Below, piece by piece: positions 9,664 through 19,515 of a stretch of 64,000 nucleotides of DNA. The position numbers and the translations under genes were made by a program. Position 1 is the first letter of the stretch, and each line of letters opens with the position of its first letter. The stretch comes from Dehalococcoidia bacterium (GTDB taxonomy: Bacteria > Chloroflexota > Dehalococcoidia > Plut-88900). The notes under the pieces are model-generated. The model did no database searches. It worked only from the letters and a program-made list of their open reading frames with translations, and was not told the DNA's origin. Where the stretch lies: positions 384,001 to 448,000 of the forward strand of contig CBDFLQ010000006.1 in assembly GCA_965249275.1 (NCBI GenBank), read 5' to 3'.

Positions 9664-10605
9664 TTAACTCCTGGCTGCCTTGGCGGTGTGGCCTTTCTCG
9701 TTGTCCCGAAATTCCCGTGGCAGAACAAAGGTTATGTCCTCCTCGGCCCCATCCAGGGTAGTCACCTTCTCAGGGTGTAGCGCCTCTACCACCTGCCGCA
9801 CCAGCAGCTCTGGCGTAGAGGCACCGGAGATGATCCCTATCCTGTTCACGTCCCCGCCGATTTCAAGGCCATCCAGGTCCTGTGCCCCGCTTATCAAATA
9901 GGACGGTATCCCCAACGCTTCGGCCACGTCCCTGAGCCGGTTGCAGTTTGAGCTCTGCTGCGCCCCGATCACGAGTACCAGGTCGGATGTTGCCGCTAGC
10001 TGCTGCACTGCCTCCTGACGGTTGGTCGTCGCATAGCAGATGTCATTCCTCACCAGCGAGTTCGGGAAACGAGACTTTACCTCATCCACCGCCTTGGAGG
10101 TGTCCAGGACAGAAAGCGTTGTCTGTGTGAGCACGACAAGCGGGCTTTCAGAGTCCCACTCGGGCAGGTTTATCTCCTCCCGTTCGTCGATGAGCTCCAT
10201 GGACGTCTGCCCCATGGTCCCGATCACCTCTTGATGGCCCGGGTGCCCGATTAGCACCACCTTGCGGCCCTCTCTGGCGTATTTCCGGGCCTCGTTATGC
10301 ACCTTGGTGACTAGGGGGCACGTGGCGTCGATCACCTTGTGCCCGCGCTGGCGCGCTCGTTCGAAGTCCTCGGGCGGAGACCCGTGCGCCGAGAATACAA
10401 CCACCGAGTCCTCCGGGACCTCCTCGACGTCCTCTACAGTTATCGCGCCTTTCGCCTCCAGGGATGCCACCACGTATGGGTTGTGGACTATTTCGTGCTT
10501 GACGTATACCGGAGGGCCATACGTCTCCAGCGCCAGTTCCACTATATCTATGGCGCGCACAACTCCGGCGCAGAATCCCCTGGGGGTGGCAAGAAATACC
10601 TCCAA
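9664..10605 (-). CDS. ispH: 4-hydroxy-3-methylbut-2-enyl diphosphate reductase
   Basis: PRGFCAGV, HEIVHN, SAHG, DATCPLVTKVH, ICYATTNRQ and GASTP motifs. Confidence 0.97.
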   Translation of the reverse strand: MEVFLATPRGFCAGVVRAIDIVELALETYGPPVYVKHEIVHNPYVVASLEAKGAITVEDVEEVPEDSVVVFSAHGSPPEDFERARQRGHKVIDATCPLVTKVHNEARKYAREGRKVVLIGHPGHQEVIGTMGQTSMELIDEREEINLPEWDSESPLVVLTQTTLSVLDTSKAVDEVKSRFPNSLVRNDICYATTNRQEAVQQLAATSDLVLVIGAQQSSNCNRLRDVAEALGIPSYLISGAQDLDGLEIGGDVNRIGIISGASTPELLVRQVVEALHPEKVTTLDGAEEDITFVLPREFRDNEKGHTAKAARS

Positions 10606-10764
10606 GATTGCATCTCCTTTACTGGATCAGTCTCTTCGGCCAAAGTCATTATACATCCGTTCACATCCCCCCGCCCCGACTCCCTCATTGGACACACTGA
10701 GGCCCCGCACTGTTAGTCCGCCTCTTGAGGGAGCAATCCGGGGGCAGCGTCCCGCCCCCCTCCC

Positions 10765-10866
10765 GTCATTCCCGACTCCGATCGGGCTGCAAGTGCGCTT
10801 AAGGCGTGAATCCATCCCGCAGGGCGGGGCCGCTCACCTTGAGCAGAGTCGAAGGGTCGAGCGGTG
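10765..10866 (+). repeat. REP cluster, one REP interrupted by a 22-nt insertion
   Basis: GTCATTCCCGACTCCGATCGG[GCTGCAAGTGCGCTTAAGGCGT]GAATCCA, then CCGCTCACCTTGAGC..TCGAAGGGTCGAGCGG. Confidence 0.8.
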
Positions 10867-10970
10867 GGGGGCTCACGAAGCACTACCTAGCTGCCTTCCA
10901 CCCTCCAAACCCTTTATGGACACTCCATGACCTATAGGTTAGATTACGCCCGGACCTACCTCCCTCACCC

Positions 10971-12158
10971 ATGCACCAACTCCTCGAAAACGTCAAAGTC
11001 CTCGACCTTACCCACAACGTGGCAGGGCCCTATTGTACCAAGCTCCTCGCCGACTACGGAGCCGACGTCATAAAGGTTGAAAGGCCTGGAATCGGCGATC
11101 GCGCCCGACGCATTGGCCCCTTCCCCAAAGACCACCCCCACCCCGAAAAGAGCGGCCTGTTTCTCCATCTCAACGGCAACAAGCGTAGCGTCACCCTAAA
11201 CATGAAATCAATCCGCGGCCGACGCCTGCTAGAGGCTCTCGCCCAATGGGCCGACATCCTGGTCGAAAGCTTCCGGCCCGGTGTCATGGCCCGGCTTGGA
11301 CTCTCCTATGAAGCACTGAGCAATATCAACCCGGCTCTCGTTATGGTCTCCCTGTCTAACTTCGGCCAGACCGGCCCCTACAAAAACTATGCCCTCGACG
11401 AGATAACCGGCTACGGTATGGGAGGCATGATGCACGCCAACGGCCTCCCGGACCGCGAGCCCCTTAAGCTGGGCGGACGAGTCGGGCTCTACCAGGCCGG
11501 GACCGTGGCCGCAGGAGCCACGGTCACTTCCCTCTACGGCGCCCAAGCCGCTGGTATGGGAGATCATCTGGACGTATCAATCTTCGAAACCCAGGCCGGC
11601 AGCATCGATAGACGGGCCAACTGGGTCCTCGCATACCAGTACACCGGCGAAAACGCCTTGAGGCTCGGCCCTAACATCTATTCCGGCCTGAGACCCGCCG
11701 GTGACGGCTACATCGATATGTGGACCGTAGGAAAAATGCTTCCACGGCTTGCTCAGGCCCTAGGCTCGGGCCCCGACCCGGCCTTGGACGATCCTGCATA
11801 CCTATCCGACGCCGTGCAGGACTTGGAAGCCCGGATCCTCGACTGGAGCCTGAGCCACACCAAGCAGGAGCTGTGGTTCAAGGCCCAGGAGCAGAGAATA
11901 CCCTCGGGGCCCCTCAACTACATCGACGAAGTGGTAGCTGACCCCCAGTTCCGGGCCACGGGCTTCTGGAACAAGGTCGAACTACCCCACACAGGCTTGG
12001 TCGAGCAGCCCGGCAGCCCCTTCGCCCCCCACACCGCCCCAAGACAACTCCGCCGCCCTGCTCCCACCCTGGGACAGCATAACAAGGAAGTCTACTGCGG
12101 CCTTCTCGGATTCTTCCGGCCCGAGCTCTCGCGCATGGCACAGATGGGAGTCGTCTAA
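10971..12158 (+). CDS. CaiB/BaiF family CoA-transferase, first subunit/paralogue
   Basis: VLDLT..VAGPYC...LADYGADVIKVE, NGNKRS, ESFRPG and APTLGQHN motifs. Confidence 0.92.
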   Translation: MHQLLENVKVLDLTHNVAGPYCTKLLADYGADVIKVERPGIGDRARRIGPFPKDHPHPEKSGLFLHLNGNKRSVTLNMKSIRGRRLLEALAQWADILVESFRPGVMARLGLSYEALSNINPALVMVSLSNFGQTGPYKNYALDEITGYGMGGMMHANGLPDREPLKLGGRVGLYQAGTVAAGATVTSLYGAQAAGMGDHLDVSIFETQAGSIDRRANWVLAYQYTGENALRLGPNIYSGLRPAGDGYIDMWTVGKMLPRLAQALGSGPDPALDDPAYLSDAVQDLEARILDWSLSHTKQELWFKAQEQRIPSGPLNYIDEVVADPQFRATGFWNKVELPHTGLVEQPGSPFAPHTAPRQLRRPAPTLGQHNKEVYCGLLGFFRPELSRMAQMGVV

Positions 12159-12161
12159 GGA

Positions 12162-13466
12162 ATGCCGGACTTGAGTCCTAAAACCCTCCCCCTCTCCGGC
12201 ATCCGAGTCCTGGACCTCACCATCGTCTGGGCAGGCCCCTACGCTACCCAATTGCTCGCCGACTGGGGCGCCGAGGTCATCCGAGTTGAACCTCTCACCG
12301 TTTTTCAGCCCGTGACCCGTGGCGTAGTCCCTCGTCCCAAGAAGGGTCAGTTCCTGTCCGCCCACAAGTTCCCCGACAACGACCCCGGACCCCGTCCCTG
12401 GAACCGCGATTCCGCTTTCAACACCCACGCCCGTAATAAGCTCAGCATGACCCTCAACCTGGATGTCGATGATGGGCGCACGGTTTTCGAAGACCTGGTC
12501 GCCATAAGCGACGTGCTTGTCGAAAATAACCCCGTCTCCACACTGACTAAGCTGGGCATCGACTATCCTTGGCTCCGAAACATCCGCCCTGACCTCATTG
12601 TCGTCCGAATGCCGCCCTACGGCCTCCAGGGCCCCTATCGCAACTTCCGCTCCGTCGGATCATCCTTGGAAGCTGTCATGGGCCACACGAGTATTCGCGG
12701 ATACCGTGACACCGACCCCTCAATGACCAGCTCCGTCTACACCGCAGATGCATCAGCCGGGGCCAATGCCGCCTTCGCCGTGGTCTCCGCATTGCTCTTC
12801 CGTCGCGAATCGGGTTCCGGGGGCTTGATCGACGCCGGCCAGTCACAAGCCATGCTCCCCTACCTCGGGGAGGCCTTCATGGACTACTCCATGAACTCCC
12901 GTGTTCAGACTACCCTCGGAAATGCCCACCCTTCCAAAGCGCCCCATGGCTGCTATCCCTGCCTCGGCGGCGACCGATGGATCACAATCTCCGTGGACGG
13001 CGATGATCAGTGGAAAGCCCTAAGAAGTGTGATGGGCAATCCCTCCTGGTCCTCCGACCCCCGTTTCGCCACCGGCTCGGGTCGATGGACGTGGCAGGAA
13101 GAGTTGGACTCGCTAATCTCGCGATGGACCCGGGACCGGGACTCGAACGAGCTCATGGCCGAGCTCCAGCTTTCCGGTATAGCCGCCGGCCCGGTAAACA
13201 AAGACGCCGACCTCCTGGCAGACCCCCACCTCGCCGACCGGGGCTTCTTCGAGCCGTTGGACCACTCTGATACTGGACACTATCTCTATCCCGGTCCAAT
13301 GTGGCGCTCCCACTCATTCCCCAACCAACTCAGAACACCGCCCTGCAACCTGGGCCAGCACAACGAATATGCCTACCGAGACCTGCTGGGATACAACGAC
13401 AATAGGTATTCCGAATTGGAGGCCGCCGGCCACATCGGCGCCGAATTCCACCCAAACGTCACCTAG
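12162..13466 (+). CDS. CaiB/BaiF family CoA-transferase, second subunit/paralogue
   Basis: VLDLTIVWAGP...LADWGAEVIRVE, RNKLS, APHGCYPC and LGQHN motifs; 3 bp after the previous gene. Confidence 0.92.
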   Translation: MPDLSPKTLPLSGIRVLDLTIVWAGPYATQLLADWGAEVIRVEPLTVFQPVTRGVVPRPKKGQFLSAHKFPDNDPGPRPWNRDSAFNTHARNKLSMTLNLDVDDGRTVFEDLVAISDVLVENNPVSTLTKLGIDYPWLRNIRPDLIVVRMPPYGLQGPYRNFRSVGSSLEAVMGHTSIRGYRDTDPSMTSSVYTADASAGANAAFAVVSALLFRRESGSGGLIDAGQSQAMLPYLGEAFMDYSMNSRVQTTLGNAHPSKAPHGCYPCLGGDRWITISVDGDDQWKALRSVMGNPSWSSDPRFATGSGRWTWQEELDSLISRWTRDRDSNELMAELQLSGIAAGPVNKDADLLADPHLADRGFFEPLDHSDTGHYLYPGPMWRSHSFPNQLRTPPCNLGQHNEYAYRDLLGYNDNRYSELEAAGHIGAEFHPNVT

Positions 13467-13493
13467 TCCCAGCCTTACTTGGCCCGCCATAAA

Positions 13494-13740
13494 CTCACCC
13501 GCTCGTGCTGAGCCCGTCGAAGTATGAGCGACCGAAGCACTCACGCCTTGGTCACAACCTCACCCGCTCATGCTGAGCCCGTCGAAGTATGAGCGACCGA
13601 AGCACTCACGCCTTAGTCGCAAGCTCACCCGCACATACTGAGCCCGTCGAAGCATAAGAGGCCGAATCATTCACACCCCGGCTGCGATTTCACCCGCTCG
13701 TGCTGAGCCCGTCGAAGTATGAGCGGCCGAAGCACTCACC
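13494..13740 (+). repeat. Four tandem 65-bp units of the CCGCTCGTGCTGAGCCCGTCGAAGTATGAGCG REP family
   Basis: Units start at 13494, 13559, 13624 and 13689. Confidence 0.9.
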
Positions 13741-13751
13741 CCCAAACCCTC

Positions 13752-15347
13752 CTACCACCCAATAGCACACCCATCCTTCCGAGGCTCCGACCCACCCTTC
13801 AGCACCCCCGTCTCGGCATCCCGCTCAATGATCTGCCCGCCCCCGAACAGGCTCCGGTTCTCGTCCCCGTAGGTCACTATGTGGTGGCCCCTTCTGATTA
13901 GCTCCTCCCGAGTCCCCCCGTTAACCTCTTCTTCCACCGCCACTCCGTCCCCTATCAGCGCACTGAACCTGAGTGCGTCCAGAGCCTCCTGAGGCTCGAG
14001 ATCGAAGTCCACCATGTTGGCCATTACCTGCAGCTGCCCCTGCGGCTGCTGGAATCCGCCCATCACCCCGAAGGAGAGCCACATCTGGTCGCCGCGGGTC
14101 GCCATGCCCGGAATTATCGTGTGGTAGGGCCTCTTGTCCGGCGCCAGGGCATTCGGGTGCTCGGGATCCAACGAGAAGAGAGCGCCCCTGTTGTGCAGCG
14201 CAATCCCCGTACCCGGCACTACCAAGCCTGTCCCGAAGCTCTCGTAAAGGCTGTTGATGAACGAGCAGGCGTTCCCATCCCCATCAACCACTGTCAGGTA
14301 GGCCGTGTTGGCAGTCGCATACACGTTTCCGGGGCGCGGGTGCTGGATGACTCCATCGCAGGCGATCTGGCTCCGGCGTTCCGCCGCGTATCCCTTGTCC
14401 AGCAGCACTTTGAGCGGCACGTCCACCTTGGCTGGATCTCCGATATACCTGAGCGCATCGGCATACGCCAAACGCATCGACTCGATCAGGTGATGGTACG
14501 TGTCCGCCGACTGGAAACCCATACCCCTAATGTCGAATCCCTCGGCGATGTTCATCGCCATCAATGCCGCCAGCCCGTGCCCGTTGGGAGGGCATTCCCA
14601 CACCCGGACTCCCCTGTAGTCCGAGGAAATTGGCTCATCCCAAGTGGACTGGTGGCTTTCCAAGTCTTCCTTTTCCAGCCAGCCACCCATCTTCTGAACG
14701 TAGTTCGCTATTTTCTCCGCCAGCTTACCCTTGTAAAATGCCTTCGGTCCCCGCCTCGCGATGGACTTGAGCACCTCAGCCAACTCCGGGAACCTCATTA
14801 CTTCACCGGCCCGCGGGGCCCGGCCATTGAGCAGCATTTCACTACCCGACGGATATCTTGCCAGCTTATCAGCGTTATATGCCCAGGATTTCCCCAGCAC
14901 CTTCTGCACGACGAACCCGTCGGCAGCATAGCTGATGGCCGGTTTCAGCAGCTTTGACAGAGGCATGCTCCCGTGCTTTTTCAACAGCGTCTGCCACCCA
15001 TCCACGATCCCCGGAACCGTCACCGAGTGTGCCCCCAGAGCGGGCATCTCTTTGTACCCCTCCTTCACCAACTCTTCCAACGATGCTCTTCTCCCCGAAC
15101 GCCCGCTCCCGTTTAGCGCCGTTACCTTCCGGTCTTTCGCCGACCAGGTCAGGGCAAACATGTCCCCCCCGAGCCCCGTGGACATCGGTTCCGTCACGCA
15201 CAGGGCCGCGGAGGTTGCCACTGCCGCATCTACGGCATTCCCTCCGTCTTGCAATACCCTGAGTCCGGCCATCGCCGCTTGGCTCTCGCTGGTCGCCACC
15301 ATGCCGCGCCGGGCCTCGACACTCGGCCTTCGGGTCAAGAAGCTCAT
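13752..15347 (-). CDS. ggt: Gamma-glutamyltransferase
   Basis: GGNAVDAA, GLGGDMF, PPNGHG, autocleavage Thr (NTAYLTVVD), GVMGG..QPQG and PRKDG motifs. Confidence 0.95.
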   Translation of the reverse strand: MSFLTRRPSVEARRGMVATSESQAAMAGLRVLQDGGNAVDAAVATSAALCVTEPMSTGLGGDMFALTWSAKDRKVTALNGSGRSGRRASLEELVKEGYKEMPALGAHSVTVPGIVDGWQTLLKKHGSMPLSKLLKPAISYAADGFVVQKVLGKSWAYNADKLARYPSGSEMLLNGRAPRAGEVMRFPELAEVLKSIARRGPKAFYKGKLAEKIANYVQKMGGWLEKEDLESHQSTWDEPISSDYRGVRVWECPPNGHGLAALMAMNIAEGFDIRGMGFQSADTYHHLIESMRLAYADALRYIGDPAKVDVPLKVLLDKGYAAERRSQIACDGVIQHPRPGNVYATANTAYLTVVDGDGNACSFINSLYESFGTGLVVPGTGIALHNRGALFSLDPEHPNALAPDKRPYHTIIPGMATRGDQMWLSFGVMGGFQQPQGQLQVMANMVDFDLEPQEALDALRFSALIGDGVAVEEEVNGGTREELIRRGHHIVTYGDENRSLFGGGQIIERDAETGVLKGGSEPRKDGCAIGW

Positions 15348-15376
15348 CTCTTCCTCCTGATTCGTTCTCTAATTGA

Positions 15377-16171
15377 TCAGCTTGCGGAGTCCCGCTCGTC
15401 GAATACCTCTTTGGCCACACCGAGTGCATTCAGGCAGGCGGGTAACCCGCAATAGAATACAAGGTGCAGGAACAGCTCGCCTATCTCCTCTCGGCTCCAC
15501 CCAAGGTTCAACGCCCATGCCACGTGGCCCTTCAACTGCGGCTGACGCCCGAGAACGCACAACGCCGACATCGTGGCGATGCTCCGCACCTTCTTCTCCA
15601 GCCCCGGACGGCCCCAAACGTCCCCAAACAGGCTTGCCGTCACCCATTCTTCCATCCCGGATACTAGACCGTACTCTGCCCCCGATGCCTCTTCAGGATT
15701 ACCTAACGTAACCTCCTCCAGCACCTCATTCCCCTTGGTAACGCGCTCCACCGTCGACTCCCCAACCTCTGCCTCGCCGGGACCGCCGTCCATAAGACCA
15801 CGCTCCTCGAAAACGGTCCTCGCCACGGACAGCGCATTCAGCGTCGATGGAAGTCCGGCGTAGAACACCAGGTGCATGAACATCTCGCCCAGCTCTTCTT
15901 TCGTCCATCCCAGGTTGAGAGCGTAGCCTATGTGCCCTTTCAACTGTGGCTCCTTGCCCGTCACGGTCAACGCCGTCATCGTGGCTATGCTCCGCATCTT
16001 TTTCGGTAGTCCGGGCCGTCCCCACACCTCCCCGAACAGCGACGCGGTAACCCAGTCTCCCATACCCGGCACTAGGTCGTACTGAGGCAGGCCCGAGGCC
16101 GTTCTGCCCCCCAAGCTTAGCTCTTGATAGCTGGCTTCCCCCCGGTTTACCCTGTCTTCGAATTCCGTCAT
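15377..16171 (-). CDS. Carboxymuconolactone decarboxylase family protein with two duplicated domains
   Basis: FGEVWGRPGL..RSIAT...QLKGH...ALNLGW..EE...HL.FY.GLP occurs twice. Confidence 0.88.
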   Translation of the reverse strand: MTEFEDRVNRGEASYQELSLGGRTASGLPQYDLVPGMGDWVTASLFGEVWGRPGLPKKMRSIATMTALTVTGKEPQLKGHIGYALNLGWTKEELGEMFMHLVFYAGLPSTLNALSVARTVFEERGLMDGGPGEAEVGESTVERVTKGNEVLEEVTLGNPEEASGAEYGLVSGMEEWVTASLFGDVWGRPGLEKKVRSIATMSALCVLGRQPQLKGHVAWALNLGWSREEIGELFLHLVFYCGLPACLNALGVAKEVFDERDSAS

Positions 16172-16270
16172 AGTATGTCCAATCTACAAATTTATCTTGG
16201 CCCGGCCTCATTATAGGCCATTCCCACAGACTGCAAAGGGCGTCCCAGTCACGCCCTTGCGAGGTAGCAG

Positions 16271-16549
16271 ATGAGCAAACAAAAGCGTAAGCCCCGAGAA
16301 GAAGAATTCTCTCCGAAGTCCCGTTCCACCGCCGGCAATCTGGGAGTCGTATTTGGGCCCGTAGGTGCGCACAGATTCTATCTCGGCTACACCCTTCACG
16401 GTATTATCCAAATCGCCCTGAGCATCACCATCATCGGCGCTCTCTGGGGCATCTACGAAGGTATCACCATTCTCTGGGGCAACGAGTGGCGAGACGCCCA
16501 AGGCAGACTCCTCCGCCCCTCCCCTCCCACCGGAAAGCAGTCCACGTAG
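16271..16549 (+). CDS. TM2-domain membrane protein
   Basis: KSRSTAG.LG...G..GAHRFYLGY...W..YEGI and DAQG motifs. Confidence 0.85.
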   Translation: MSKQKRKPREEEFSPKSRSTAGNLGVVFGPVGAHRFYLGYTLHGIIQIALSITIIGALWGIYEGITILWGNEWRDAQGRLLRPSPPTGKQST

Positions 16550-16626
16550 CGCTTTACCACAACACAAACCAAGAACAGAAACGGCAGGTCCGGTCCCCTC
16601 TCCCTCGATGGGAGAGGGCTAGGGTG

Positions 16627-17927
16627 GGTACAGACCGGGCAGAAAGGTAACACATAAACCGGGGACATGGGTAACACATCGTGGGATTGTATTAGGCAAT
16701 CCCAGAGGAGGAAGATGTGTTGCCTTGGAAAGACACGAGCATAGAATCGGAGCGGTTGCAGTTCATCGAGCGTCACACTGCGGGAGAGGAGACTATTGCT
16801 GAGCTGTGCCGCCGGTCCGGGATCAGCCGCAAGACGGGCTACAAGATAATCGGCCGATACGAGGCGTATGGTGAGGACGGTCTACTTGACCTAAGCCGGG
16901 CTCCTCACAGCCATCCCAACGCCACTTCCATAGAGGTGGCTAAGCGTATCATCGAGGCGAAGCGCACCCATCCCACATGGGGCCCGAAGAAGATCGTCGC
17001 CTGGTTGCATTCCATCGAGCCCTACGTGCCCTGGCCTTCCTCCAGTACTGCGGGCGCCATACTGGACCGTGTGGGTCTGGTGAGGCGGCGCAAGCGGCGG
17101 CGCAGGGCTACACGCTGGGGCGAGCCCTTCGCCCACGCCCGGCACCCCAATGACGTGTGGGCCATCGACCTGAAGGGCTGGTTCCGCACGGATGACGGAA
17201 TGCGGATAGACCCCCTTACAGCCCAGGACGCCATGTCCCGCTACTTACTGGTATGCGACCCTCTCGACCGCCCTGCCGGCCCGGAAGTCAAGCGCTCTCT
17301 GGAGAGAACCTTCCGAGAGTACGGCATCCCTCGGGCCATACGCACCGACAATGGTCCGCCCTTCGCCAGTGTGGGTCTGGGCAGCCTCTCACCACTCTCA
17401 GCATGGTGGGTCAAGCTCGGGATCGTACCCGAACGCATAGAGCCCGGTCACCCCGAACAGAATGGACGCATCGAGCGCCTTCACCGGACCCTCAAGGCCG
17501 AGACCGCAACACCTCCAAAGGCCAACTGGAGACGACAACGCAGAGCCCTCGAACGCTTCAGACACACCTACAACTTCGAGAGGCCACATGAGGCCCTGGG
17601 GCAGCAACCACCAAGCCGGCTGTACACGCCCTCGATCAGACCCTATCCCACACGTATCAGCTCGCCCGAGTACAACGCCGGTGTCACCGTACGTAGTGTC
17701 CGCAGCAACGGACAGATCAAGTGGAAGGGAGATATGCTCTACGTGAGCGAGTCCCTCAAGGGCGAACCCATCGGCCTGGTCCAGATAGACGAACGAACCT
17801 GGTCCATACAGTTCGGGCCACTCATCATCGGACTCCTTGATGACCCCACCAGAAGGGTCGACAAAACCCCAGTCAAAGTGTTACCTATGTCCTCGGTCTA
17901 ACTGTTACCCATGTCCCCGGTCGTACA
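16627..17927 (+). mobile_element. IS481-family insertion sequence
   Basis: Terminal inverted repeats with internal ACCGGGGACATGGGTAACA repeats; right end ...CCCCGGTCGTACA; single transposase. Confidence 0.85.
16717..17901 (+). CDS. IS481-family transposase (HTH + rve DDE)
   Basis: PWK start, GISRKTGYK HTH, W.IDLKG, TDNGPPF, PEQNGRIERLHRTLK and RPHEALG motifs. Confidence 0.93.
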   Translation: MLPWKDTSIESERLQFIERHTAGEETIAELCRRSGISRKTGYKIIGRYEAYGEDGLLDLSRAPHSHPNATSIEVAKRIIEAKRTHPTWGPKKIVAWLHSIEPYVPWPSSSTAGAILDRVGLVRRRKRRRRATRWGEPFAHARHPNDVWAIDLKGWFRTDDGMRIDPLTAQDAMSRYLLVCDPLDRPAGPEVKRSLERTFREYGIPRAIRTDNGPPFASVGLGSLSPLSAWWVKLGIVPERIEPGHPEQNGRIERLHRTLKAETATPPKANWRRQRRALERFRHTYNFERPHEALGQQPPSRLYTPSIRPYPTRISSPEYNAGVTVRSVRSNGQIKWKGDMLYVSESLKGEPIGLVQIDERTWSIQFGPLIIGLLDDPTRRVDKTPVKVLPMSSV

Positions 17928-18007
17928 GTGAGGGTGAAAGTGTTACCCCCGACCCGCAAACAGGCTCCGTAAGGAGACCGCCCACTAGCACTTGAGGAGG
18001 TAGCAAG

Positions 18008-18772
18008 ATGTACGAAAGCCTGAACGGAAAAGTAGCGCTGGTCACGGGAGGAGGCTCGGGGATCGGCAGGGCAACCTCCGAGGCTTTCGCCCGGCTCGGT
18101 TGCAAAGTCGTAGTCTCGGACATGAACGGGCCCGGTGGCCTGGAGACAGTGAAAGGGATACTTGAGTCCGGCGGCGAAGCCGTATTCATTCCGGCCAACG
18201 TCACCGTTACCACTCAAGTCCAGGCCCTGGTCGAACGCACCGTTTCTCGGTTCGGCAGGCTCGACTGCGCCGTCAACAACGCCGGCATCAACATCACGTC
18301 CCGCCTCCCCACCCACCTCCTCCCCGAAGACGACTGGGACCGGATCATAGACGTCAATCTCCGCGGCGTCTGGCTCTCTATGAAGTACGAAATCCCTGTG
18401 ATGCTGGAGCAGGGTGGCGGCGCAATTGTTAACCTCGCATCCATCTACGGGATCGTAGGCGCCCCCAACACTGCCGCCTACACGGCTAGCAAGCACGGAG
18501 TGTCTGGACTGACCAAGGTCGCCGCCCTCGACTACGCCAAGTCCGGCATTCGGGTGAACGCCGTCGGACCAGGTTACACCGATACCTCGATGGTGCAACG
18601 CGTCGTCGACGCCAATCCCGGAATACAAGACTGGATGATTAGCAAGACGCCCGCGGGACGCATGGGAAACCCATCGGAGATCGCCCAGGCCATTGTCTGG
18701 CTCTGCTCCGACGAAGCTTCCTTCGTTACCGGCGCAATCGTCCCCATAGACGGCGGAATGATCGCCCGCTAA
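18008..18772 (+). CDS. SDR family oxidoreductase
   Basis: TGGGSGIG, NNAG, YTASK and IDGG motifs. Confidence 0.95.
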   Translation: MYESLNGKVALVTGGGSGIGRATSEAFARLGCKVVVSDMNGPGGLETVKGILESGGEAVFIPANVTVTTQVQALVERTVSRFGRLDCAVNNAGINITSRLPTHLLPEDDWDRIIDVNLRGVWLSMKYEIPVMLEQGGGAIVNLASIYGIVGAPNTAAYTASKHGVSGLTKVAALDYAKSGIRVNAVGPGYTDTSMVQRVVDANPGIQDWMISKTPAGRMGNPSEIAQAIVWLCSDEASFVTGAIVPIDGGMIAR

Positions 18773-18815
18773 TGCCTACCCGTCATTCCCGTGCTTGACA
18801 CGGGAATCTATCCCC

Positions 18816-19202
18816 TCACCACAACCGCCGTACGCCGTACCGGTCAAAAATCGCCTCGTTTGACACGAGAACCAGATTGCGACCTATCGCCTGCGCTATC
18901 AGCATCCTGTCAAACGGGTCCCGATGATGCACCGGAAGCATCCCCGCCCGCACCCCATCATCCACCGTTATCGACAACTCCTCGAATCCCTCTCCCTCTA
19001 TTGCACCCTGCATATCCAGGACAAGCCGTCTTGCCTTCTCTAACTTCCCTATCCGGTATTTGGTCGCTATCTCCCAGCCCGACGCCGCACTTATCAGCTT
19101 GGCATTGCTATAATCTTCGATAGCTCTACGGGCTGTGACCGGCAACCTGATATTCCCCTCAATCCACCAGAGAAACGCGTGGGTGTCCAGCAGAAGTCGC
19201 AG
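18816..19202 (-). CDS. vapC: VapC PIN-domain toxin (probable CTG start)
   Basis: In-frame upstream extension (L)RLLLDTHAFLWW, plus WEIATK and HRDPFDRMLIAQA. Confidence 0.9.
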   Translation of the reverse strand: MRLLLDTHAFLWWIEGNIRLPVTARRAIEDYSNAKLISAASGWEIATKYRIGKLEKARRLVLDMQGAIEGEGFEELSITVDDGVRAGMLPVHHRDPFDRMLIAQAIGRNLVLVSNEAIFDRYGVRRLW

Positions 19203-19436
19203 CTATCCGCCCTCCCAGAGCTTCAGCTCCTCTTCCGGTAGCGGGTCGAAGAAGCTGTCGTCTATCTTTATCTTGCCTTTCCAAGAGCCGAATTGCGGCT
19301 TCCTCTTCGGCTTGCAGCTCACCAACCGAGCCACTGGCTTCCCGTTCCGGGCAATAATCACTTCCTCCCCTGCCTCTACCTGCGCCAGCAACTTCGACAA
19401 GTTGGTCTTCGCTTCATGTACGTTTACTGTTGTCAT
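19203..19436 (-). CDS. Phd/YefM family antitoxin
   Basis: VNVHEAKTNLSKLL...GEEVIIARNGKPVARLV motif. Confidence 0.93.
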   Translation of the reverse strand: MTTVNVHEAKTNLSKLLAQVEAGEEVIIARNGKPVARLVSCKPKRKPQFGSWKGKIKIDDSFFDPLPEEELKLWEGG

Positions 19437-19452
19437 AGTTTGTCCCGTGAAT

Positions 19453-19480
19453 TAAGTTAGCTAACTATATAGCTAACTTA
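19453..19480. promoter_or_regulatory. Probable TA autoregulatory operator
   Basis: Perfect 11-bp inverted repeat TAAGTTAGCTA-N6-TAGCTAACTTA just upstream of the antitoxin. Confidence 0.7.
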
Positions 19481-19515
19481 CCGGGTGGTCAAGTAAAGGC
19501 TCTTATCGATACACC

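Noticed and set aside
13494-13740. Possible CRISPR array
   Set aside because: The 65-bp units are similar along their whole length with no unique spacers, the repeat is a dispersed REP family, and there are no cas genes in the window.
17885-18628. Long antisense ORFs (also 14121-14957, 24647-25501, 42091-42843, 62709-63395)
   Set aside because: They are shadows of well-supported genes on the opposite strand in GC-rich DNA.
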